From contig DASSIE010000023.1 in the NCBI GenBank assembly GCA_035692185.1, forward strand, positions 8,259-72,258: DNA of 64,000 nucleotides. The letters run 5' to 3'. The notes under the pieces are model-generated. The model did no database searches. It was not told the DNA's origin and worked only from the letters and a program-made list of their open reading frames with translations. This DNA comes from Patescibacteria group bacterium. Lineage in GTDB: Bacteria > Patescibacteriota > Microgenomatia > UBA8517. Position numbers and translations under genes: made by a program. Below, one piece after another: positions 56,225 through 64,000 of this stretch. Position 1 is the stretch's first letter. Each line of letters starts with the position of its first letter.

Positions 56225-59200
56225 GTGGATTTTAGCGTCTCATTCAAGCCTAACAAACTCATGATGTCTCAAAAACCAAACCGCCGAAACTTTGGAAAAG
56301 AAGAAAAAAATCTTCCTGAGATCAACCTATCCCAAGTCCAAAGAGAAAGCTGGCAATGGTTTTTAACCGAAGGAATTAGAGAAGAATTAGTTCAAGTTTC
56401 CCCAATCGACGATTTTACAGGTAAAAATTGGCAATTAGTTTTAGGAGATCATTCATTAGGTTCCCCAACAATTTCCCCTCGACTTGCTCAGAAAAAAGGA
56501 GTCACTTATTCATCCCCACTTAAAATAAGAGCCACCTTAACTAACAAAAAAACAGGAAAAGAAGTCACTCAAGATGTGTTTTTGGGAGATATTCCACAGA
56601 TGACAACTCGTGGAACATTTATAGTTAACGGAATTGAACGCGCGGTTATCAATCAAATTGTAAGAGCTCCTGGAGCCTATTTTTCAGGCGAGCTCGATCC
56701 GTCTAGTGGTCGAATTTTGTACAAAGCTGAAGTAAGGCCACTTCATGGAAGCTGGTTGGAGTTTGAAACTACCCGTGGAGATTTAATTTACGCAAGAATT
56801 GATAGGCGTCGCAAAGTACTAGCCACAACATTCTTAAGAGCAATGGGGGTAACCTCTGATCAAGAGATTATTGCCGCTTTTGCAGACGTTGACAAAAGCC
56901 CAGACCACAAGTACATTGCAGCAACCCTAAATAAAGATACAACCAAAACTCAGCAAGAAGCATTAATCGAAGTTTACAGAAAAATGAGGCCAGGTGAGCC
57001 TGCAGTTTTGGACAATGCTGAGGCTTTGTTCGCAACGTTGTTTACTGATGGCAGGCGTTATGACTTGGGTAAAGTCGGAAGATTCAAGATCAATAAGAGA
57101 CTTGGGGTTAATATTCCTAATGAAAAATCAAATTGGGTGTTAACCAGACAAGATGCAGTTGCAGCCATTAGCTACCTTATAGGACTTCAAAACGGAAACG
57201 GAAGATTGGACGACATTGACCATCTAAGTAACCGCAGACTTCGCCGTGTTGGAGAACTTGTTGCCGTTAACGCTTTTCGTGTGGGGTTACTTAGACTTGA
57301 AAGATCGGTTAAAGAAAAAATGTCTCTTATTTCCCAAGACGATAAGCCACTTCCAGCAAATTTAATCAACGCAAGACCCCTAATAGCCTCACTTAACGAA
57401 TTCTTTAGAAGCAACCAGCTTTCAACAATTTTAGACGACACAAATCCACTTTCCGAGGTTGATAACTTGCGACGCGTTTCAGTATTGGGTACAGGTGGAA
57501 TTAACAGGGAAAGAGCATCTTTCTCTATTCGTGACGTTAATGCAAGTCAGTACGGAAGAATTGACCCAGTAAGGTCTCCTGAAGGGCCTAACATTGGGCT
57601 TGTTACTTACTTGGCACTTTACGCTAAGGTTGATGAATTTGGGTTTATACAAGCTCCTTATAGGAGAGTTGAAAAGATTAAAAAAGGGAATAAAGTCACC
57701 GCTCGTGTAACTGATGAGGTAGTTTACTTAACAGCCGATGATGAAGAAGCAACTTATGTTACTCATTCTGGTATAAATGTTGATAATGACGGAACAATCT
57801 TAGACAAACGTGTTCCACTTAGATATAAAGGTAAATTTATAGAAGGTCTTGCTGAACTTGTTGATTATATAGATGTAACCCCAAGAGAAGTAGTTGGGGC
57901 TTCCGCTTCACTCATTCCATTTTTAGCTAACGACGAAGGAAACCGCGCTTTAATGGGATCTAACATGCAATGTCAGTCAGTTCCGCTAGTCAACCCCGAG
58001 TCCCCAGTGGTTGGAACCGGAATGGAAAGAGTAATTTCAGAAGGAATGCAAAGAGTAATAAGAGCAAGGCACGCCGGAGTTGTTGAATATATTGACGGAG
58101 AAAAAGTAGTAGTTTTGTTAGACAAAAAAGCTGAAGCAGATGCCACAAGCGACATTGAAGATGTCGAAATTATTGATGGCGGAAAGCGTGAAGTCTTTTA
58201 CTTAATGAAGTTTAAGCGCACTGCCCATTCAACTTGCTATAACCAAATTGCCCGTGCCCTTCCAGGACAAAGGGTCGCAGCGGGAGATTTGTTAGTAGAC
58301 GGGCCAGCAAGTCAGCTTGGAGAACTTGGCCTTGGACGCAACCTAGTTGTAGCTTATGCTAACTATTTAGGTTACGGATTTGAGGACGCAATTTTAATTT
58401 CAGACCGCCTTGTTAAAGAAGATTTGTTAACCTCAGTTCACATAGAAGAATACGATGCAGAAGTAGTAGACACCAAGTTGGGGCCCGAGGAAATTACAAA
58501 CGATATTCCAAACGTATCAGACAATGAACTCTCAAACCTTGCGGGAGACGGAATAGTCATGCTTGGAGCTGAGGTCAAACCAAACGATATATTAGTAGGC
58601 AAGATTGCTCCAAAAGGTGAAACAGAACTCACATCTGAGGAAAGACTCTTAAGAGCAATATTTGGTGAAAAGGCCAGAGAAGTAAGGGACACCTCACTTC
58701 GTGTTCCACACGGAGAGCGTGGAATTGTAGTTGATGTTCAAACACTTGACCGAGATAAAGGGGATGAATTAGGCCCTGGAGTAATTAAAAAAGTTATAGT
58801 TAGAGTTGCTCAGATCAGAAAGATTACAGTTGGAGATAAAATTGCAGGACGACACGGAAACAAAGGTGTTGTAAGTAAAATAATGCCTATTGCAGACATG
58901 CCACACATGGCCGATGGAACACCGGTTGATGTTATTATTTCTCCACTTTCAGTTATTTCTCGTATGAACTTGGGGCAACTTATGGAGGTTCATTTGGGTT
59001 GGGCACTTTCCAAAAAAGGTGAAAAAGGAGCATTACCAGTTTTTGACAAAATTGGTGGAGACGTTATTGCTCAAGAACTTGAAAGCGCCGGGCTTCCAGT
59101 TAACGGAAAAACAAGACTTTACGATGGCCGAACAGGGGAAGCATTTAAGGAAGATACAGTAGTTGGTGTTGGTTACATCATGAAACTTACCCACATGGTC

Positions 59201-59722
59201 GAGGACAAGACCCATGCTAGAAGCACTGGTCCATACTCCCTCGTTACTCAGCAACCACTTGGAGGAAAAGCACAAATGGGAGGTCAGCGCTTGGGAGAAA
59301 TGGAGGTCTGGGCACTTGAATCTCACCGCGCAAGCCACACATTACAAGAGATGCTTACAATTAAATCCGACGACGTTTTGGGCCGAGCTAAAGCATTTGA
59401 GGCAATTGTAAAAGGAATTGAAATTCCAGAGTCTACAATTCCAGAATCATTTAAGGTTTTGGTACGTGAGCTTAACTCATTAAGCCTTGCAATTGATCCT
59501 AAAGGTGTAAGTTTGGCAAAAGTTGAAGATGTAGAAGTAGTTGAAGGTGCTGAGCTAGCTAGTGCAGCTGGAGCAGAAGTAATTCCAACAGATGATTTAG
59601 TAGCCGAAAGTGAAATTAAAGAAGAAGAACCTGCAACTCTAGAGGAAGAAGTGGTACTAAACATAGAAAAAGAAATTGACATGCCAGAAGACATACTAGA
59701 GCCTGAGGAGGTAACAGTATAA
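56225..59722 (+). CDS. rpoB: DNA-directed RNA polymerase subunit beta
   Basis: Full-length rpoB signature blocks are present (GTFIVNGIERAVINQIVRAPG, NRRLRRVGEL, ...). The start may instead be MMSQK at 56261. Confidence 0.95.
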   Translation: MDFSVSFKPNKLMMSQKPNRRNFGKEEKNLPEINLSQVQRESWQWFLTEGIREELVQVSPIDDFTGKNWQLVLGDHSLGSPTISPRLAQKKGVTYSSPLKIRATLTNKKTGKEVTQDVFLGDIPQMTTRGTFIVNGIERAVINQIVRAPGAYFSGELDPSSGRILYKAEVRPLHGSWLEFETTRGDLIYARIDRRRKVLATTFLRAMGVTSDQEIIAAFADVDKSPDHKYIAATLNKDTTKTQQEALIEVYRKMRPGEPAVLDNAEALFATLFTDGRRYDLGKVGRFKINKRLGVNIPNEKSNWVLTRQDAVAAISYLIGLQNGNGRLDDIDHLSNRRLRRVGELVAVNAFRVGLLRLERSVKEKMSLISQDDKPLPANLINARPLIASLNEFFRSNQLSTILDDTNPLSEVDNLRRVSVLGTGGINRERASFSIRDVNASQYGRIDPVRSPEGPNIGLVTYLALYAKVDEFGFIQAPYRRVEKIKKGNKVTARVTDEVVYLTADDEEATYVTHSGINVDNDGTILDKRVPLRYKGKFIEGLAELVDYIDVTPREVVGASASLIPFLANDEGNRALMGSNMQCQSVPLVNPESPVVGTGMERVISEGMQRVIRARHAGVVEYIDGEKVVVLLDKKAEADATSDIEDVEIIDGGKREVFYLMKFKRTAHSTCYNQIARALPGQRVAAGDLLVDGPASQLGELGLGRNLVVAYANYLGYGFEDAILISDRLVKEDLLTSVHIEEYDAEVVDTKLGPEEITNDIPNVSDNELSNLAGDGIVMLGAEVKPNDILVGKIAPKGETELTSEERLLRAIFGEKAREVRDTSLRVPHGERGIVVDVQTLDRDKGDELGPGVIKKVIVRVAQIRKITVGDKIAGRHGNKGVVSKIMPIADMPHMADGTPVDVIISPLSVISRMNLGQLMEVHLGWALSKKGEKGALPVFDKIGGDVIAQELESAGLPVNGKTRLYDGRTGEAFKEDTVVGVGYIMKLTHMVEDKTHARSTGPYSLVTQQPLGGKAQMGGQRLGEMEVWALESHRASHTLQEMLTIKSDDVLGRAKAFEAIVKGIEIPESTIPESFKVLVRELNSLSLAIDPKGVSLAKVEDVEVVEGAELASAAGAEVIPTDDLVAESEIKEEEPATLEEEVVLNIEKEIDMPEDILEPEEVTV

Positions 59723-59809
59723 AATACGAAGTTCGAAGTACGAAACTCGAAATGTTTCGGATTTCGGTATATGAACAATATGACTGTCGGATTTAGAATT
59801 TAAATAAAT
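59723..59809 (+). repeat. Intergenic repeat, copy 5 (between rpoB and rpoC)
   Basis: AATACGAAGTTCGAAGTACGAAACTCGAAATGTTTCGGATTTCGG...GGATTTAGAATTT. Confidence 0.35.
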
Positions 59810-62800
59810 ATGGAACAATTAGCTGACTTAAAAAACTTAACAGATTTCAAAAGCTTACTTATTAGGCTAGCGTCCCCCGAAGAAATTCGGGCTTGGAGTC
59901 GTGGTGAAATCCTAAAACCAGAAACTATTAATTACAGAACCCTTAAGCCCGAAAAAGACGGTCTTTTTGATGAAAGAATTTTCGGCCCAACTAAAGATTG
60001 GGAATGTTACTGCGGAAAGTACAAGAGAATTAGATATAAAGGCGTAATCTGCGATAAATGTGGAGTTGAAGTCACCCAGGCTCGTGTCAGGCGCGAGAGA
60101 ATGGGTCACATTACTCTTGCCACACCTGTAGCTCACGTCTGGTTCTTTAAAGGAGCACCAAGTAAAATCTCACTTCTTTTGGGTGTAGCTCCAAGAGGTA
60201 TTGAGCAAGTAGTTTACTTTGCCAGATATTTAGTAACAGAAATTGATGACGTTAAGAAAAAGGAAGCATTAATGAATGTTCAAACTGCTAAAGAAGAAAG
60301 ACTTCAAGAAATTGTTGATGGTTTTAAAGGAAGTCGTGACGCTTTAAAGATTGAAGAAAAAGAAGCAAAAGAAAAAATTGCTTTAAAAATTAAAGACAAA
60401 GAACAAGCAGCCCTTGCAGTCAGCGAAATTGAACTAAGTCTTAGAAAGAAAGAAGCTGCAATTAATGAGGAAGAGAGGTCCACCACAAATAAAACTGGAG
60501 ACTTGTTTGATAACCTAAGCTCGGTTGTAAAAAGTCTTAAGATTCTTAGTATTATTTCTGAAGAAGAATATGACGAACTTTATCAACATGGTGCAGCAGA
60601 CTTCTTTACCGCCAAAATGGGAGCAGACGCTATTTTGGGAGCAGTCGAGAAGATTAATTTGGAAGAAATTTCTAAGTCGTTAAGAGAAGAAATTCCATCA
60701 ATAAAAGGTGGAACTAGCAAATATGTAAAATTGGTTAAAAGACTTAAGTTGGTCGATGGCTTAAGACGCGCAAAAATCAATTCCGCTTGGATGATTCTTA
60801 AAGTTTTGCCAGTTTTACCACCAGATCTTCGCCCAATGGTCCAGCTTTCAGGAGGACGTTTTGCAACCAGTGATTTAAACGACTTGTATAGGCGCGTAAT
60901 TAATAGAAATAACCGACTTAAACATTTAATTTCTTTAGGAGCTCCTGAAATAATTCTTAGAAACGAAAAAAGAATGTTGCAAGAAGCTGTTGACTCTCTT
61001 ATTGATCAATCTCAGAGAAAAGCTACAAGAAAATCTAGAGGTAGGCAGCCACTTCGCTCTCTTTCCGACATGCTTCGTGGAAAACAAGGAAGATTTAGAC
61101 AAAACTTGCTTGGAAAACGTGTTGATTATTCAGGACGCTCCGTTGTTATAGTAGGGCCAGAACTTAAATTAACTCAATGTGGACTACCTAAAGACATGGC
61201 CCTTGAGATGTTTAAGCCCTTTGTGCTCAGAGAAATGATTGCAAGGGGAATTGCACCAAACGTTAAAAGCGCAAAGAATATGTTGGATCGTAGGCCACCT
61301 GAGGTTTTTGATATTTTGGAAGAAATCACAAAAGACCATCCAGTTCTATTAAATCGTGCACCAACTTTACATAGACTTTCTATCCAATCCTTCTACCCAG
61401 TTTTAATTGAAGGAAGTGCAATCCGCCTTCACCCAGCGGTCTGCTCTGGTTTTAATGCTGACTTTGACGGAGATCAAATGGCCGTTCATGTTCCACTTTC
61501 TACAAAAGCAATTGAAGAAGCAAAGACCCTTATGTTACCAACCAATAATTTGCTTAAACCAAGTGACGGAGCTCCAGCTGCAACACCGTCAAGTAAGGAA
61601 ATTGCACTGGGAGCTTACTACTTAACTTGTGATGACGCCAGAATCCCAGCCCATTTGTCAATTTTTGGCGATAAAGATGAAGCTATTTACGCTTACCAAT
61701 GTGACATGGTTGAAATAAGACAAAAAATTAAAGTCATGGTAAATAAAGAAATAATGGAAACCACAGTTGGAAGAATTTTATTTAACGAAGCATTGCCTGA
61801 AAACTTCGATTTTGTGAACGTTGCCGCAACTTCATCGGTTATTAAAAATCTTTTTGTTAAAGCGTATTCAACAGTTTCTAGGGAACGTGTAGTTCAATTG
61901 GTTGATGACGTTAAGGACTTAGGTTTCTTTGGTGGCACAATTAGTGGAATTTCATTTGGTATATTTGATGCCAAAATCTATCCAGGGAAAACCAAGATTT
62001 TGGAAGCCGCTGACAAAAGAGTTTCTGAAATCGATGACTATTTTGCACAAGGACTTATTACTTCCGAGGAAAAAAGACGCCAAGCTCAAGAAGTTTGGAT
62101 CGAAGTATCTGATGACTTGGCTGACAAAACTTGGGCAGAGCTTGAAGAAACAAATCCAATCCGTATAGTAATTGATGCTAAAGTCGGACGTGCATCCAGG
62201 GACCAAGTTAAACAGTTGTCAGCTATTCGTGGTTTGGTTGTTGATCCGCTTGGTAAAATCGTTGATCTTCCAATTAAATCTAACTTCCGTGAAGGTCTTT
62301 CAGTTTTTGAATACGTAACCTCAAGCCGTGGATCTAGAAAAGGTCTAACTGACACCGCCATTAAAACTGCTGATGCTGGATACTTAACTCGCAGGTTAGT
62401 TGACGTAGCACACGACGTTTTAATTAGAAGCGAAGATTGTGGAACAAAAGACGGAATCGAAATATTAAGAAGCGTCAGGTCTCACGCATTTGTAGCCCGT
62501 ATTGTTGGCCGATTTGCAGCCAAGGATGTAATGGACAAAACTGGTAAAAAAGTAGTTCTTAAATCTGGAGAGTTAATAGATGAAGAAACGGCCAAGAAAA
62601 TTGACGAAAGTGGAGCCTCAGTTGTTATTATCAGATCACCATTAACTTGCCAAGCTAGATATGGAATGTGTGTTAAGTGTTACGGTTGGGATCTTGGAAC
62701 AAAAAATTTGGTTGATATCGGAATGCCAGTTGGAGTTGTTGCCGCTCAGTCCATTGGTGAACCTGGAACTCAGCTTACATTAAAGACTAAACACGCAGCC

Positions 62801-63532
62801 GGAGTAGTTGGAGCTGTCGACGTTACACAAGGACTTCCAAGAGTAGAAGAAATAGTAGAAGCTCGTTTGCCTAAAGTAGTCTCAGCCTTAGCTGAAATCA
62901 CAGGAAAAGTAACAATTAGTGAAGTTGACACTGGTTGGAAAGTATTGGTTGTTGCTAAAGGCACTCCAAAAGAAGAAAAAGAATATATTATTCCTAAGAC
63001 TTTGGAGTTAATAGTTGAGGATGGTGGTTTAGTTTCAGCCGGAGACGCACTAGCAAAAGGCCCATTAGACATTAAAGACGTACTTTCTATTAAAGGATTA
63101 CGTGCGGCACAAGAATACTTGGTCGCCGAAATCCAAAAGGTTTATGAATCTCAAGGAATTCCAATAAACGACAAACATTTTGAAGTAATAGTCCGCAAAA
63201 TGAGTGATGAAGTTAGGGTTGTCACAACTGGTGACACTCCATTCTTGCCAGGAGAGTTAACAAGCCGTGCTGTATTTGAGGAAGAAAATGAAAAGGCAAT
63301 AGTAGCGGGTGGAGAGCCATCAAGCGCACAACAAGTAGTACTTGGTATTACACGAAGAGCTTTGTACACCGACAGCTGGTTGTCAGCAGCCTCATTTGAG
63401 CAGACAACAGACGTCTTAACCGAAGCCGCTCTATTGGGACGCGAAGATAAACTTATTGGGCTTAAGGAGAATGTTATTATTGGAAGACTTATTCCAGTCT
63501 CGCCGGAGCGAGCTATGATGATCGAAAACTAA
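59810..63532 (+). CDS. rpoC: DNA-directed RNA polymerase subunit beta prime
   Basis: Zn finger [34 protein letters not shown] (catalytic DFDGD), and trigger-loop regions. Confidence 0.95.
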   Translation: MEQLADLKNLTDFKSLLIRLASPEEIRAWSRGEILKPETINYRTLKPEKDGLFDERIFGPTKDWECYCGKYKRIRYKGVICDKCGVEVTQARVRRERMGHITLATPVAHVWFFKGAPSKISLLLGVAPRGIEQVVYFARYLVTEIDDVKKKEALMNVQTAKEERLQEIVDGFKGSRDALKIEEKEAKEKIALKIKDKEQAALAVSEIELSLRKKEAAINEEERSTTNKTGDLFDNLSSVVKSLKILSIISEEEYDELYQHGAADFFTAKMGADAILGAVEKINLEEISKSLREEIPSIKGGTSKYVKLVKRLKLVDGLRRAKINSAWMILKVLPVLPPDLRPMVQLSGGRFATSDLNDLYRRVINRNNRLKHLISLGAPEIILRNEKRMLQEAVDSLIDQSQRKATRKSRGRQPLRSLSDMLRGKQGRFRQNLLGKRVDYSGRSVVIVGPELKLTQCGLPKDMALEMFKPFVLREMIARGIAPNVKSAKNMLDRRPPEVFDILEEITKDHPVLLNRAPTLHRLSIQSFYPVLIEGSAIRLHPAVCSGFNADFDGDQMAVHVPLSTKAIEEAKTLMLPTNNLLKPSDGAPAATPSSKEIALGAYYLTCDDARIPAHLSIFGDKDEAIYAYQCDMVEIRQKIKVMVNKEIMETTVGRILFNEALPENFDFVNVAATSSVIKNLFVKAYSTVSRERVVQLVDDVKDLGFFGGTISGISFGIFDAKIYPGKTKILEAADKRVSEIDDYFAQGLITSEEKRRQAQEVWIEVSDDLADKTWAELEETNPIRIVIDAKVGRASRDQVKQLSAIRGLVVDPLGKIVDLPIKSNFREGLSVFEYVTSSRGSRKGLTDTAIKTADAGYLTRRLVDVAHDVLIRSEDCGTKDGIEILRSVRSHAFVARIVGRFAAKDVMDKTGKKVVLKSGELIDEETAKKIDESGASVVIIRSPLTCQARYGMCVKCYGWDLGTKNLVDIGMPVGVVAAQSIGEPGTQLTLKTKHAAGVVGAVDVTQGLPRVEEIVEARLPKVVSALAEITGKVTISEVDTGWKVLVVAKGTPKEEKEYIIPKTLELIVEDGGLVSAGDALAKGPLDIKDVLSIKGLRAAQEYLVAEIQKVYESQGIPINDKHFEVIVRKMSDEVRVVTTGDTPFLPGELTSRAVFEEENEKAIVAGGEPSSAQQVVLGITRRALYTDSWLSAASFEQTTDVLTEAALLGREDKLIGLKENVIIGRLIPVSPERAMMIEN

Positions 63533-63533
63533 T

Positions 63534-63959
63534 ATGCCAACAATTAATCAACTCGCACGAAAAGGTAGAAAAAGCACAATCAAGAAAGTTAAAACAACTT
63601 CTTTGAAAAAGTGGTTTAACGGAATGGATAGGACTTTTGCAGAAAATTCATCCTCATTTAAAAGAGGAGTAGTTTTAGCGGTTCGTACCATGACTCCCAG
63701 AAAACCTAACTCAGCTTTGCGTAAAGTTGCCCGTGTAAGGTTATCTAACAAACAAGAAGTTACAGCCTATATTCCTGGTGAAGGACATGAACTAGCTGAG
63801 CATTCAATCGTTATGATCAGGGGTGGTCGTGTTAAGGATTTAGCTGGTGTAAAATACCATGTAGTTAGGGGTAAATTCGACACAACCGGAGTTAGTGGTC
63901 GCATGAACGGCAGAAGCAAATACGGAGCAAAGAAAACAGCGATGATTGCCAAAAAATAA
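63534..63959 (+). CDS. rpsL: 30S ribosomal protein S12 (with ~15 aa insertion near the N-terminus)
   Basis: [13 protein letters not shown] ... [16 protein letters not shown] ... [10 protein letters not shown] ... GAKK. Confidence 0.9.
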   Translation: MPTINQLARKGRKSTIKKVKTTSLKKWFNGMDRTFAENSSSFKRGVVLAVRTMTPRKPNSALRKVARVRLSNKQEVTAYIPGEGHELAEHSIVMIRGGRVKDLAGVKYHVVRGKFDTTGVSGRMNGRSKYGAKKTAMIAKK

Positions 63960-63973
63960 TTTATTAAAATAAC

Positions 63974-64000
63974 ATGAGAAAAGGACAAGCAAAACCAAGA
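63974..64000 (+). CDS. rpsG: 30S ribosomal protein S7, first codons only (runs off window)
   Basis: ATG at 63974 gives MRKGQAKPR. The rpsL-rpsG order is conserved. Confidence 0.35.

Noticed and set aside
1-64000. Possibility of an alternative genetic code (UGA=Gly, code 25) as in some CPR lineages
   Set aside because: Long conserved genes (rpoB, rpoC, dnaK, pnp, ftsK) are intact under code 11, and their stops coincide with expected protein ends. No evidence for stop-codon reassignment.
1-64000. CRISPR arrays, tRNA/rRNA genes, transposases or integrases
   Set aside because: No regularly spaced direct repeats with unique spacers were seen. No spacer showed tRNA-like GC-rich cloverleaf segments or T-loop GTTCGAATC-type motifs. 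No transposase or integrase signatures were found among the ORFs. The dispersed repeats found are short MITE-like elements, not IS elements.

Overview
This 64 kb window is low-GC and densely coding, with tightly coupled genes and mostly standard stops (genetic code 11). Several housekeeping proteins are shortened relative to textbook versions: IF2 lacks its N-terminal region, AlaRS its C-terminal domain and MetRS its C-terminal tRNA-binding domain, and the DnaJ-like protein has no zinc finger. Together these features are consistent with a CPR/Patescibacteria-like genome. Most of the window is core housekeeping: metG, pcrA, the hrcA-grpE-dnaK heat-shock operon with a CIRCE operator, a CbpA-type J protein, nusA-infB, rpsO-pnp, a UDG, RNase J, ftsK, a rodZ-like gene, alaS, ruvX, mltG, and rpoB-rpoC-rpsL with the start of rpsG. 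Three stretches look accessory or unusual. (1) 1-5630 is an envelope glycan cluster: a UbiA-family DPPR-synthase-like enzyme, an MraY/WecA-type transferase, an ArnT/PMT-like GT-C enzyme and two GT2 enzymes. (2) 17564-27346 holds an LCP protein and two divergent GT-C membrane enzymes, followed by a seven-gene minus-strand operon. That operon encodes PilN-like and PilO-like proteins, an Fn3 surface protein, and two GC-shifted, extremely cysteine-rich secreted or anchored proteins, one with an LPQSG sorting-like tail. This operon is my best candidate for a previously undescribed surface or adhesion system. (3) 51481-54379 is an FtsA/PilM-like actin-fold protein fused through a TM helix to a large extracytoplasmic domain, next to a sortase. 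Other notable items are an RmuC / TadA-like deaminase / UvrD-helicase+Fe-S PD-(D/E)xK nuclease module, two tandem FemAB paralogs, a stand-alone Lon AAA+ module without a protease domain, and a degenerate DHH protein. A family of ~100 bp MITE-like intergenic repeats with TTCGAA-containing ends is present, and the 245 bp RNase J-ftsK spacer differs in composition and carries hairpins. I found no rRNA, tRNA, CRISPR array, transposase or integrase.
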